Below, one piece after another: positions 1 to 7,959 of a DNA stretch of 64,000 nucleotides. Source of the DNA: a virus; IMG/VR virus record IMGVR_UViG_3300034349_000008, one strand, 5' to 3'. The notes beneath the pieces are model-generated. The model saw only the letters and a program-made list of their open reading frames with translations. It was not told the DNA's origin and ran no database searches. Position numbers and translations under genes: made by a program. Each line of letters begins with the position of its first letter. Position 1 is the first letter of the stretch.

Positions 1-1
1 T

Positions 2-439
2 CAAGCAGGTTACAGTTCTCAATACTTTGGTGGTGCACAAGCCAAAGGTGGTGCATGGTCTGGTGGTACTCAGATGTTTGCTCAAGGTGGTGCGTTCACT
101 AACTCAATTGTATCTGGTCCAACTGCATTTGGTATGGCAAATGGTGCAAAAGGTGTAATGGGTGAAGCTGGTGAGGAAGCTATTGTCCCACTTGCTAGAA
201 CACGTAACGGTGATCTTGGTATTCGTGCTGCTGGTGGTTTAGGTGGTGCTGGTACAGGAGGTACAGTTGTGAACGTGAACGTTAGTGTTAGCAACACTGG
301 TACTTCTTCAAGTACAGATGGTGGCGAAGGTTGGGGTCAATTTGGTGCTGAGTTGGGTTCTTTTGTTGATCAACGTGTTTACAGTGTTATCAACAGTGAA
401 TCTCGTCCGGGTGGTACATTGGCTACAGCACAGCGTTAA
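2..439 (+). CDS. Tail tape measure protein, C-terminal fragment (5' end upstream of window)
   Basis: Frame of ORF 74..439 stays open to the window edge. Gly-rich C-terminus with GVMGEAGEEAIVPLARTRNGDLGI resembles the lambda gpH C-terminal motif. Lies directly upstream of gpM/L/K/I/J-like genes. Confidence 0.8.
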   Translation, partial: QAGYSSQYFGGAQAKGGAWSGGTQMFAQGGAFTNSIVSGPTAFGMANGAKGVMGEAGEEAIVPLARTRNGDLGIRAAGGLGGAGTGGTVVNVNVSVSNTGTSSSTDGGEGWGQFGAELGSFVDQRVYSVINSESRPGGTLATAQR

Positions 440-451
440 TTCGTTTTGCTA

Positions 452-481
452 TTGACAAAAACAATAAAAACATTGTAGAAT
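452..481 (+). promoter_or_regulatory. Sigma70-like promoter inside the tail operon (TTGACA-18 nt-TAGAAT)
   Basis: TTGACA 452-457 and TAGAAT 476-481 in the 97-nt gap between the tape measure and gpM-like genes. Confidence 0.4.
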
Positions 482-492
482 GTATCAAATTG

Positions 493-520
493 CAGGGAGG
501 CGAAAGCTTCCCTGTTTCTA
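493..520 (+). terminator. Stem-loop plus T-rich tract (attenuator or RNA-stability hairpin)
   Basis: CAGGGA 493-498 pairs with TCCCTG 509-514, followed by TTTCTATTTC. Lies between the promoter-like element and the gpM-like start. Confidence 0.3.
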
Positions 521-536
521 TTTCAGGAGTATTAAA

Positions 537-878
537 ATGGTAAAAACATTTACTTGGAAGGTTGAGCGTGACATTGATCCTACAATCAAGTATCGCGTTA
601 TTGAAACACAGTTTGGTGATGGATACAAACAAACATCCGCTGATGGTATTAACATCAAAGACGAAACATATTCGATCACTGTTCATGCTTATAAGAACGA
701 AGCTCAAAAGATTATGGACTTCTTTGATGAACATCAAGGTTGGAAGAGTTTCTTCTGGACACCACCACTTGGTAAGCTTTCTTTATACACATGCATGGAC
801 CCTAAACCTACAGATAAAGGTGGTGGTCTTTACACTATCACTGCAACTTTTGTAAAGAGTTTTGCAGCACCACAGTAA
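537..878 (+). CDS. Minor tail protein, lambda gpM-like
   Basis: MVKTFTWKV..FGDGY..GWKSFFWTPP matches remembered lambda gpM (MKTFRWKV, FGDGY, GWKSFLWTPP). ATG 537 follows CAGGAG. The upstream part of ORF 480..878 is not needed. Confidence 0.85.
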   Translation: MVKTFTWKVERDIDPTIKYRVIETQFGDGYKQTSADGINIKDETYSITVHAYKNEAQKIMDFFDEHQGWKSFFWTPPLGKLSLYTCMDPKPTDKGGGLYTITATFVKSFAAPQ

Positions 879-887
879 GGAGTATAT

Positions 888-1631
888 ATGGCACTTACAA
901 ATATTAGTCAAACGATTCAGAAACTTGAACCGGGTGCTAGGGTTAAATTGATTGAAGTAGATTGCACTAGTTTTGGTGGCGACATCTTACGATTCCACAA
1001 TTACAATGTTGAATACACTGAAGCAGAGCTTAAAGCATTCCAAGAGGCTGGTACTGAGATTCCACCAAAGAAGATTCGATGGAAAGGTGAGGATTATAGT
1101 ACTTGGCCTTATTCAATGACAGGTATTGAATGGGATGGTACAGGTAAGAGTCCTCAACCAAGTCTTGACGTTGCAAACATTGATGGTAGCATCAGTTCAA
1201 TGTGTCTGTTACTTCAGAACTTGTTTGGTGCAAAGGTTACAGAACATACCACATTTCGTCAATACCTTGCTGACGGTGATGATCCAGATGAATCAATGGA
1301 GTTCACACAGAACTGGTATATCACACGTAAAAGTGGTGAGAACCAATCTACTGTAACATTTGAACTTTCATCACCAGCAGACTTTACAGGTCAACGCGTA
1401 CCACGTCGCCAGATTTATGCTCTATGTCATTGGGCGATGAACGGTAACTATCGTGGTCCAGATTGCGGATACACCGGTACTAAGTATTTCACAGAGAAAG
1501 GTATTGAAACCGATAACCCTGCACTGGATAAATGTGGTGGATTATGTCTCGATTGTGAACTTCGTTTCGGTAAACAGAAACCACTTCCTTTCGGTGGATT
1601 TATCGCAAGTAGCTTAATTGCAAGAGGTTAA
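888..1631 (+). CDS. Minor tail protein, lambda gpL-like
   Basis: 247 aa, syntenic after the gpM-like gene. C-terminal Cys cluster (CHW, CGYTG, CGGLCLDC) as in the Fe-S region of gpL. AAGGAG upstream. Confidence 0.85.
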   Translation: MALTNISQTIQKLEPGARVKLIEVDCTSFGGDILRFHNYNVEYTEAELKAFQEAGTEIPPKKIRWKGEDYSTWPYSMTGIEWDGTGKSPQPSLDVANIDGSISSMCLLLQNLFGAKVTEHTTFRQYLADGDDPDESMEFTQNWYITRKSGENQSTVTFELSSPADFTGQRVPRRQIYALCHWAMNGNYRGPDCGYTGTKYFTEKGIETDNPALDKCGGLCLDCELRFGKQKPLPFGGFIASSLIARG

Positions 1632-1632
1632 T

Positions 1633-2436
1633 ATGATACCTGATAAACTCAAAGCTAAAACAATTAAAGATATACTGAAACATGCTGAGGAAGGTTACCC
1701 TCGTGAGATTTGTGGTGTTGTTGTAAATACTGCAAAAGGTGAGAAATATGTACGCTGTGTGAATATTGCTGAATCTGCTGAAGAAGAATTTCACATGTGT
1801 CCTGATTCATTCATCCAAGCAGAAGAGCTTGGTGATGTAGTTGGTATTGTTCATAGTCACCCAGATGAAACAACAAGACCTTCTGGTCAGGACATCGCTG
1901 TTATGAGTCGTAACCGTGAAGTGGAACTGATTGTAGACCCTGATAGTAAACCAATCCCATGGCATATTGTTTCTTGGCCTGAAGGTGACTATCGTCAAAT
2001 TATTCCAGAAGTAAGTCCTACACTTCTTGATAGACCATTTGTACACGGTGTCTGGGATTGCTGGTCAACCTGTGAGGCGTATTACAAGAAGTATCACGGT
2101 ATCACATTTAAGAGCTACCCTAGAACAGATCGTTGGTGGGAAAACAAAGAATCTAAATCATTTTATGAAGAGCTATACGAAGAGTTCGGATTCTACGAAG
2201 TTAATGATTTGAAGCCGGGTGACATGGTTGTTATGCAAATTGGTAGAACATACCATCCTAACCATGCAGGTATTTATCTTGGTGAGATTTCAGAGTTTGA
2301 AGAACAAGAATTTTATGGTAAGTCATTAATGCTACACCACATGTACTCTAAGAAAAGTGAGATAATTGTATATGGTGGTCAATGGCATCAAAGAACTAGA
2401 ATGATTCTACGACATAGAGAGGTGAAACATGTCTGA
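1633..2436 (+). CDS. Tail tip assembly protein, lambda gpK-like (JAB/MPN + NlpC/P60)
   Basis: EICG..HSHPD..SGQD MPN motif, then a Cys/His hydrolase-like half (DCWSTC, NHAGIYLG). ATG 1633 lies 1 nt after the gpL-like stop. Confidence 0.85.
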   Translation: MIPDKLKAKTIKDILKHAEEGYPREICGVVVNTAKGEKYVRCVNIAESAEEEFHMCPDSFIQAEELGDVVGIVHSHPDETTRPSGQDIAVMSRNREVELIVDPDSKPIPWHIVSWPEGDYRQIIPEVSPTLLDRPFVHGVWDCWSTCEAYYKKYHGITFKSYPRTDRWWENKESKSFYEELYEEFGFYEVNDLKPGDMVVMQIGRTYHPNHAGIYLGEISEFEEQEFYGKSLMLHHMYSKKSEIIVYGGQWHQRTRMILRHREVKHV

Positions 2437-3040
2437 GTCTTGGATTGAAGTTAGACCGGGTGGTTATCTTAAAAAGTATGGTAACCACAAGTTTTATGTT
2501 AGAAACCCTGCTGAAGCAATCAAGGCAATGTTGATTCAAGTTGAAGGATTTGATGAGGCATTTCGTGCTGCTGGTAAGAGAGGTGTAAAGTTCGCAGTAC
2601 GAACTGATAAACGTGATATTACAGACCCTGAACAACTACTGATGGGTAAACCTGAAGTTGTAAGGTTGATCCCTAAATATGCTGGTGGTAAGAACGCAGG
2701 ATTAACTTTCCTTGCTGTTGCTGCAATCATTGCGCTTACAGTAGTAACTGCTGGTACTGGTGGTTATGGTGCGGGTGCATGGTTTGCTGCTGGTAGTACA
2801 TCCGCCGCTGTAGCAACATCGATTGCTGTATCTCTGGCTATCGGTGGTATCACACAATTACTTTCACCACAACCTGAAGGATTATCATCTAGAACCGATA
2901 CTGAAAACAGAGCGTCTTATGCGTTTGGTGGTCCTGTTAACACTGCCGCACAAGGTGTACCAGTTCCAGTGTTCTATGGTTATCGTGAAGTGGGTGGTGC
3001 TGTTGTATCTGCAAGTATTGTATCGGAAGATCAACAATGA
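2429..3040 (+). CDS. Tail assembly protein, lambda gpI-like
   Basis: Overlaps the gpK-like stop. Gly/Ala-rich hydrophobic segment LTFLAVAAIIALTVVTAGTGGYGAGAW and C-terminal FGGPVNT..GVPVPVFYG. Position matches gpI. Confidence 0.7.
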   Translation: MSESWIEVRPGGYLKKYGNHKFYVRNPAEAIKAMLIQVEGFDEAFRAAGKRGVKFAVRTDKRDITDPEQLLMGKPEVVRLIPKYAGGKNAGLTFLAVAAIIALTVVTAGTGGYGAGAWFAAGSTSAAVATSIAVSLAIGGITQLLSPQPEGLSSRTDTENRASYAFGGPVNTAAQGVPVPVFYGYREVGGAVVSASIVSEDQQ

Positions 3041-3060
3041 CAATTACTTAGGAGAATCTA

Positions 3061-6000
3061 ATGTTAGATTACGAAATTCAAGGTGGTAAAGGTGGTGAGA
3101 AGAAACCCTATACCCCGGTTGAAACACCAAACAACCTGCTATCTGTTGCATATGGTAAAGTACTTATCGCAGTAGCTGAAGGTGAACTCGCTGGAACTCC
3201 ATCACCACAAGATATCTTTCTTGATGGTACACCACTGGCTAACGCTGATGGTTCTCGCAACTTCGGTGGTGTAAAATACGAATGGCGTTCAGGTACTACT
3301 GACCAGACATATATTGCAGGTCTTCCAGAAGTATCTACTGAGTACAACGTTGGTGTTGAACTTAAATTTGGTACTCCTTGGGTTCGTAATATTACAAAAT
3401 CAGAACTTGATGCTATCCGTGTTACTTTCCAATGGCCTGCACTTCTTGAGCAAACCTCAAACGGTGACACTATTGGTACATCTATCGGTTACCAAGTTGA
3501 AATCTCAACGGATGGTGGTGCATTTCAGATATACAACTACTACTCTGTTAGTGGTAAGACAAACACTGCATATGAAAGAACTCATCGTATTGACTTACCT
3601 GAAGCAACAACCGGTTGGAGTGTACGTGTATCAAGAACAACACCAGATCAAACAAGTGGTAACATTCAAGACAACATGAACATTAAGAGTTATGCTGAAG
3701 TGGTTGACGTGAAACAACGTTACCCAAACACTGCATTGCTTTATGTTGAGTTTGACAGTCGTATGTTTGGTGGTGGTGCTATTCCAAGAGTATCGGTTAG
3801 AACGAAAGGACGAATCATCCGCGTCCCAAGTAACTATGAACCAGATATAAGAAGTTATAGTGGTATTTGGAACGGTTCTTTTAAATGGGCTTGGTCTGAT
3901 AACCCTGCTTGGGTCTTCTATGACATCATGACTAATGACCGATTTGGTCTTGGTCATAAAGTTGACTTGAATATGGTTGACAAGTGGGCACTTTATGAAG
4001 TGGCTCAATACTGTGACGTGCTGGTAGATGATGGTAGAGGTGGTGGTGGTAAAGAGCCACGTCACACTTGTAACATCTATATCCAAGAGAAGCAAGAAGC
4101 TTGGCAAGTTTTGCGTGACATCGCTTCGATCTTTAACGGTATGACGTACTGGAACGGTAATCAGTTTACAGCAATTGCTGACAAGCGTGAACCTTTCAAT
4201 AATGCTCCTGTGTTCTCACGATCTAACGTTGTCAATGGTCGATTCGACTATTCTGCTGCGGATGACAAGAGTATTTATACCAGTGCATTGGTAAGCTACG
4301 ATAACCCAGACAACCACTATAATACAGATGTTGAAGCTACATTTGAAACAAGTCAGATTTTAAGATGGGGTGGTGATCGTCAGACTGAGATTAGTGCGAT
4401 TGGTTGTACATCTCGTGGTGAGGCTCAGAGACGCGGTAAGTACACGTTAATCACAAACATGTACAACCGTACTGTTTCATTTAAAACGGGTCTACAAGGA
4501 CTCAGTGAGGACGTTGCACCGGGTAAATTGATCCATGTTGTTGACCCTTTGATTGGTGGTCGTCAATTCACTGGTCGAATCAAGATTTCTGCTGGTCGTG
4601 TTATTACACTTGACCGTGAAATTGATGGTAAACAGGGTGACATCCTTTACATGACACGTTCCAATGGTGTCACTGAAGGTCGTACAATTGAAGCTGTTTC
4701 TGGTAACATCGTAACTGTACAAGTTGCTTACACCGAACAACCTCTACCAAATGCGGTTTGGTATCTTGAAGCTGCTGACCTAAAGTCGCAACTGTTCCGA
4801 GTAACAAAGATAACAAGTCCTGACGATAACGTCTATGAGATTACTGGTGTAGAGTACAACGACAGTAAATATGCGGCAATCGATAACGGTGCACGTCTTG
4901 AACCACGCCCAATAAGTGTAGTTCCACCTAACATTCAACAACCACCTACTAACGTTGTTATCAGTTCTACAACCTTTGTTGAACAGACAATGGCTGTTTC
5001 CACGATGACACTATCTTGGGATCAAACAAAGAATGCTGTAGGGTATGAAGCACAATGGCGTGTTGGTGAAGGTGACTGGGTTAACCTTGGTGTTACAGGC
5101 GCTCTTGAGTTTAACGTAAAAGGTATTTATGCTGGTCAATATGTAGCGCGTGTACGTGCAATTAACGCATATGGTATCAAGTCTATTTGGGCAACAAGTA
5201 TCATCACAACACTTGATGGTAAGGCTGGTAAACCACCCACTGTTACTGCAATTGATACAACACCTATGTTCTTCGGTATTCGTCTTGACTGGTACTTCCC
5301 AGAAGGTGCTGAAGATACTCTACGTACAGAGTTCATGTATAGTGAAACAAACAGTTTCTTTGATGCTATAAAACTTGGTGATTTCTCATACCCAACAAAC
5401 TCACACGAACTTCATGGTTTGTCAGCAGGTAAGAAATTTTGGTTCTGGTGTCGTCTACATGACCGAACTGGTAACATTGGTCCTTGGTTCCCATCTGAAA
5501 CAGGTAATGGTATACAGGGTCAAAGTCAGATCAACGATAGTGGTCAGTATAATGAGTATCTTGCTGGTACTATTTCTGAGACTGCTCTTGACAAAGCACT
5601 GTATGATCGTATAGACTTGATCGATGGAAATGGACCCGGTAGTGTAAACGAAAGACTTGAAGATGCTGTTGCTGATCTTGAAGATAAAATCAATAATGTA
5701 ACAGACGCACTTGTCTACAATCCAGATAAATTGTACGAATCTGGTGATATCGTTCGTCAAGGAAGTAAGCTTTACCAAGCTCAGAAAGATGTACCTCTTA
5801 ACACAACTCCTCCTAATGAGGAATATTGGAAGGATGTAGGTACAATCATAGAACAGAGTAATGCTCTTGCTTCTCAGGTTGCTATCAACACTGCTGACAT
5901 TGAAACTATTGATGGTGTACTTACATCAACAGTTACCTCAATCGAATCTCTACAAGCTGCATACCGTGATGATGACGGTGTTGGTGAAATGGATGATGCC

Positions 6001-6894
6001 GTTACTGGTTGGAATAGTCGAGCACAGATCATTACTGAACGTGAAGTTCGTGCAAGTGCTGATGAGGCGATTGCCAGTGAGCTTGTTATTTTCCAAGCAG
6101 AGATTGACGGTAACAGTGCCAAGATCACAGACCTTACTAAAGTTGTTGCTGACAATGAATCGTCTACTTCTACAAGGCTTACAGCTTTGGAAGTTCAAGT
6201 AGGTGACGACATTCAAGCAGCTATCCGTGATGAGGCTACAGCAAGAGCTACAGCCGACGAGGCATTGGCAACACAGATCAACACTGTTCAAGCCAATCTT
6301 ACAGCTTACGACACAGAAGTCAAATCACTTATCCAAGTCGAGACAGACGCACGTGTTACTGCTGATGAGGCTACAGCAACGCAGATCACTACAGTTCAAG
6401 CATCTATTGGTGAAAACACTGCTGCGATTGAAGAAACAAAAACTGCTGTAGTAGATATCGACGGTAAAGTTTCAACTGCTTGGACCTTGAAGATGGAACA
6501 GAATGTCAATGGTCAGTATGTTGCTGCTGGTATTGGTCTTGGTATTGAGAATGGCCCCGCTGGTCTTCAGAGTCAGTTCCTTGTACGTGCTGATCGGTTC
6601 GCTGTTGTGAATGGTATTGATGGAACTACTGCTGCACCATTCGTTGTACAAGGTGGTCAAGTGTTCATCAGTCAAGCACTTATCGGTGATGCATGGATTA
6701 CCAACGCAATGATCGGTGATACGATACAATCAAACAACTTTATTCAAGGTCAAACGGGTTGGAGATTAAATAAAGCTGGTACACTTGAGTTTAACGGCAC
6801 TGTCCCTAATGTTGGTAGACTAACAATAAATAACAACGTTATCCAAGTTTACGATTCAACAAATCGCCTTCGTGTTAGAATGGGAATGTGGTAA
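3061..6894 (+). CDS. Tail tip / host specificity protein, lambda gpJ-like
   Basis: 1277 aa, syntenic. Fibronectin-III-like segments (WDQTKNAVGYEAQWRVGEG). Three TADEA.A.QI..VQA-type repeats near 6.0-6.4 kb. AGGAG upstream. Confidence 0.9.
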   Translation: MLDYEIQGGKGGEKKPYTPVETPNNLLSVAYGKVLIAVAEGELAGTPSPQDIFLDGTPLANADGSRNFGGVKYEWRSGTTDQTYIAGLPEVSTEYNVGVELKFGTPWVRNITKSELDAIRVTFQWPALLEQTSNGDTIGTSIGYQVEISTDGGAFQIYNYYSVSGKTNTAYERTHRIDLPEATTGWSVRVSRTTPDQTSGNIQDNMNIKSYAEVVDVKQRYPNTALLYVEFDSRMFGGGAIPRVSVRTKGRIIRVPSNYEPDIRSYSGIWNGSFKWAWSDNPAWVFYDIMTNDRFGLGHKVDLNMVDKWALYEVAQYCDVLVDDGRGGGGKEPRHTCNIYIQEKQEAWQVLRDIASIFNGMTYWNGNQFTAIADKREPFNNAPVFSRSNVVNGRFDYSAADDKSIYTSALVSYDNPDNHYNTDVEATFETSQILRWGGDRQTEISAIGCTSRGEAQRRGKYTLITNMYNRTVSFKTGLQGLSEDVAPGKLIHVVDPLIGGRQFTGRIKISAGRVITLDREIDGKQGDILYMTRSNGVTEGRTIEAVSGNIVTVQVAYTEQPLPNAVWYLEAADLKSQLFRVTKITSPDDNVYEITGVEYNDSKYAAIDNGARLEPRPISVVPPNIQQPPTNVVISSTTFVEQTMAVSTMTLSWDQTKNAVGYEAQWRVGEGDWVNLGVTGALEFNVKGIYAGQYVARVRAINAYGIKSIWATSIITTLDGKAGKPPTVTAIDTTPMFFGIRLDWYFPEGAEDTLRTEFMYSETNSFFDAIKLGDFSYPTNSHELHGLSAGKKFWFWCRLHDRTGNIGPWFPSETGNGIQGQSQINDSGQYNEYLAGTISETALDKALYDRIDLIDGNGPGSVNERLEDAVADLEDKINNVTDALVYNPDKLYESGDIVRQGSKLYQAQKDVPLNTTPPNEEYWKDVGTIIEQSNALASQVAINTADIETIDGVLTSTVTSIESLQAAYRDDDGVGEMDDAVTGWNSRAQIITEREVRASADEAIASELVIFQAEIDGNSAKITDLTKVVADNESSTSTRLTALEVQVGDDIQAAIRDEATARATADEALATQINTVQANLTAYDTEVKSLIQVETDARVTADEATATQITTVQASIGENTAAIEETKTAVVDIDGKVSTAWTLKMEQNVNGQYVAAGIGLGIENGPAGLQSQFLVRADRFAVVNGIDGTTAAPFVVQGGQVFISQALIGDAWITNAMIGDTIQSNNFIQGQTGWRLNKAGTLEFNGTVPNVGRLTINNNVIQVYDSTNRLRVRMGMW

Positions 6895-6901
6895 TTATTT
6901 A

Positions 6902-6929
6902 GAGGGACTTCTAAGTCCCTCATTTCTTT
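6902..6929 (+). terminator. Hairpin terminator after the gpJ-like gene
   Basis: GAGGGACTT/AAGTCCCTC stem followed by ATTTCTTT. Confidence 0.5.
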
Positions 6930-6945
6930 AGATAGGAGATATATT

Positions 6946-7227
6946 ATGCCTGCTGGTTTTGAGTCATATAATAAAGACGGCTCAGTTGCAATGAGTATAA
7001 CATCTAAATACACAAAAGTATTAGGTACTTTTGTTGCATACGGACCGGGATCACTTTTTAATAGTTGGTTATCAACAGGAGTACCATTCGCAGCGACCGG
7101 AATTTTGGGTGACCCCGGATATTTTGGAGTTGGTGTTGAAGTTGTATTTTCAGGATCAACTATGTATTGGAATTGGCCCCAATATGGAAGTAAAATGGCT
7201 ACTGTAATAACATATGGAGTAAACTAA
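6946..7227 (+). CDS. Hypothetical tail-associated protein (93 aa)
   Basis: Track ORF with AGGAG 8 nt upstream. Sits between the gpJ-like gene and the fibre gene. Confidence 0.5.
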   Translation: MPAGFESYNKDGSVAMSITSKYTKVLGTFVAYGPGSLFNSWLSTGVPFAATGILGDPGYFGVGVEVVFSGSTMYWNWPQYGSKMATVITYGVN

Positions 7228-7946
7228 TGCCTTTTGGACTACAATTATTTGGTGAGGATGGTCAATTGTGGGCTGACACGAACCTCATGCCTGTAGGATT
7301 AATTAAATCAGGTGTTCTGCCACAATACATAGAATATGCTGGCCCCATTCAAGTTTATGCTAATTCACCTGTTATATTTTTCAGAACTGTTGGTGGTAAT
7401 TATTGGGCGCCACCAGATGTTAGACCTGAACAAATGGTTAGGGTTTCGAGTATTAACCAGCAAGGGATGTTGTGGACATTTAACTGTGAAGTTAGCTCAG
7501 AAAGTAATGGTAATGTTTACTATTATATATTTGACACAAACATTGGTTCTGCTGGTAATTTCGGATTGCAAGTTTTCAATGAGAATGGAGTTGCTATATT
7601 CAACAGTAATAATCCACCACTACGTACAACAAGCTGGGTTCAGTCAGTAGATGAGTATAGTTTTGGTTTTTTACTTTATGGGAAAACTAATGTATACCTA
7701 CCACCAGTTGCTGCTTTTTCGATGTCAGTTTATCGAAGAGGATTTACAACATCGGATACAACACAGTCTTACTCTGACTTTTATAAAACATTTTGCGGAA
7801 TAACGAGCGATAACACAGGTATATTTTCATATGCCTCAATGGTCGGCACCGCACTTGTTGGTGGTCCAGAAGGAGCATGGACAAATCAGAATGTTCCGTA
7901 TTTGACAATTGCAGATGTATCCAATTGTCCTGTACCTTTTAACTAA
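7227..7946 (+). CDS. Hypothetical tail-associated protein (239 aa)
   Basis: Track ORF. TAATG start/stop overlap with the upstream ORF. Beta-rich, no recognisable motif. Confidence 0.55.
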   Translation: MPFGLQLFGEDGQLWADTNLMPVGLIKSGVLPQYIEYAGPIQVYANSPVIFFRTVGGNYWAPPDVRPEQMVRVSSINQQGMLWTFNCEVSSESNGNVYYYIFDTNIGSAGNFGLQVFNENGVAIFNSNNPPLRTTSWVQSVDEYSFGFLLYGKTNVYLPPVAAFSMSVYRRGFTTSDTTQSYSDFYKTFCGITSDNTGIFSYASMVGTALVGGPEGAWTNQNVPYLTIADVSNCPVPFN

Positions 7947-7959
7947 TTGAGGATTTAAT

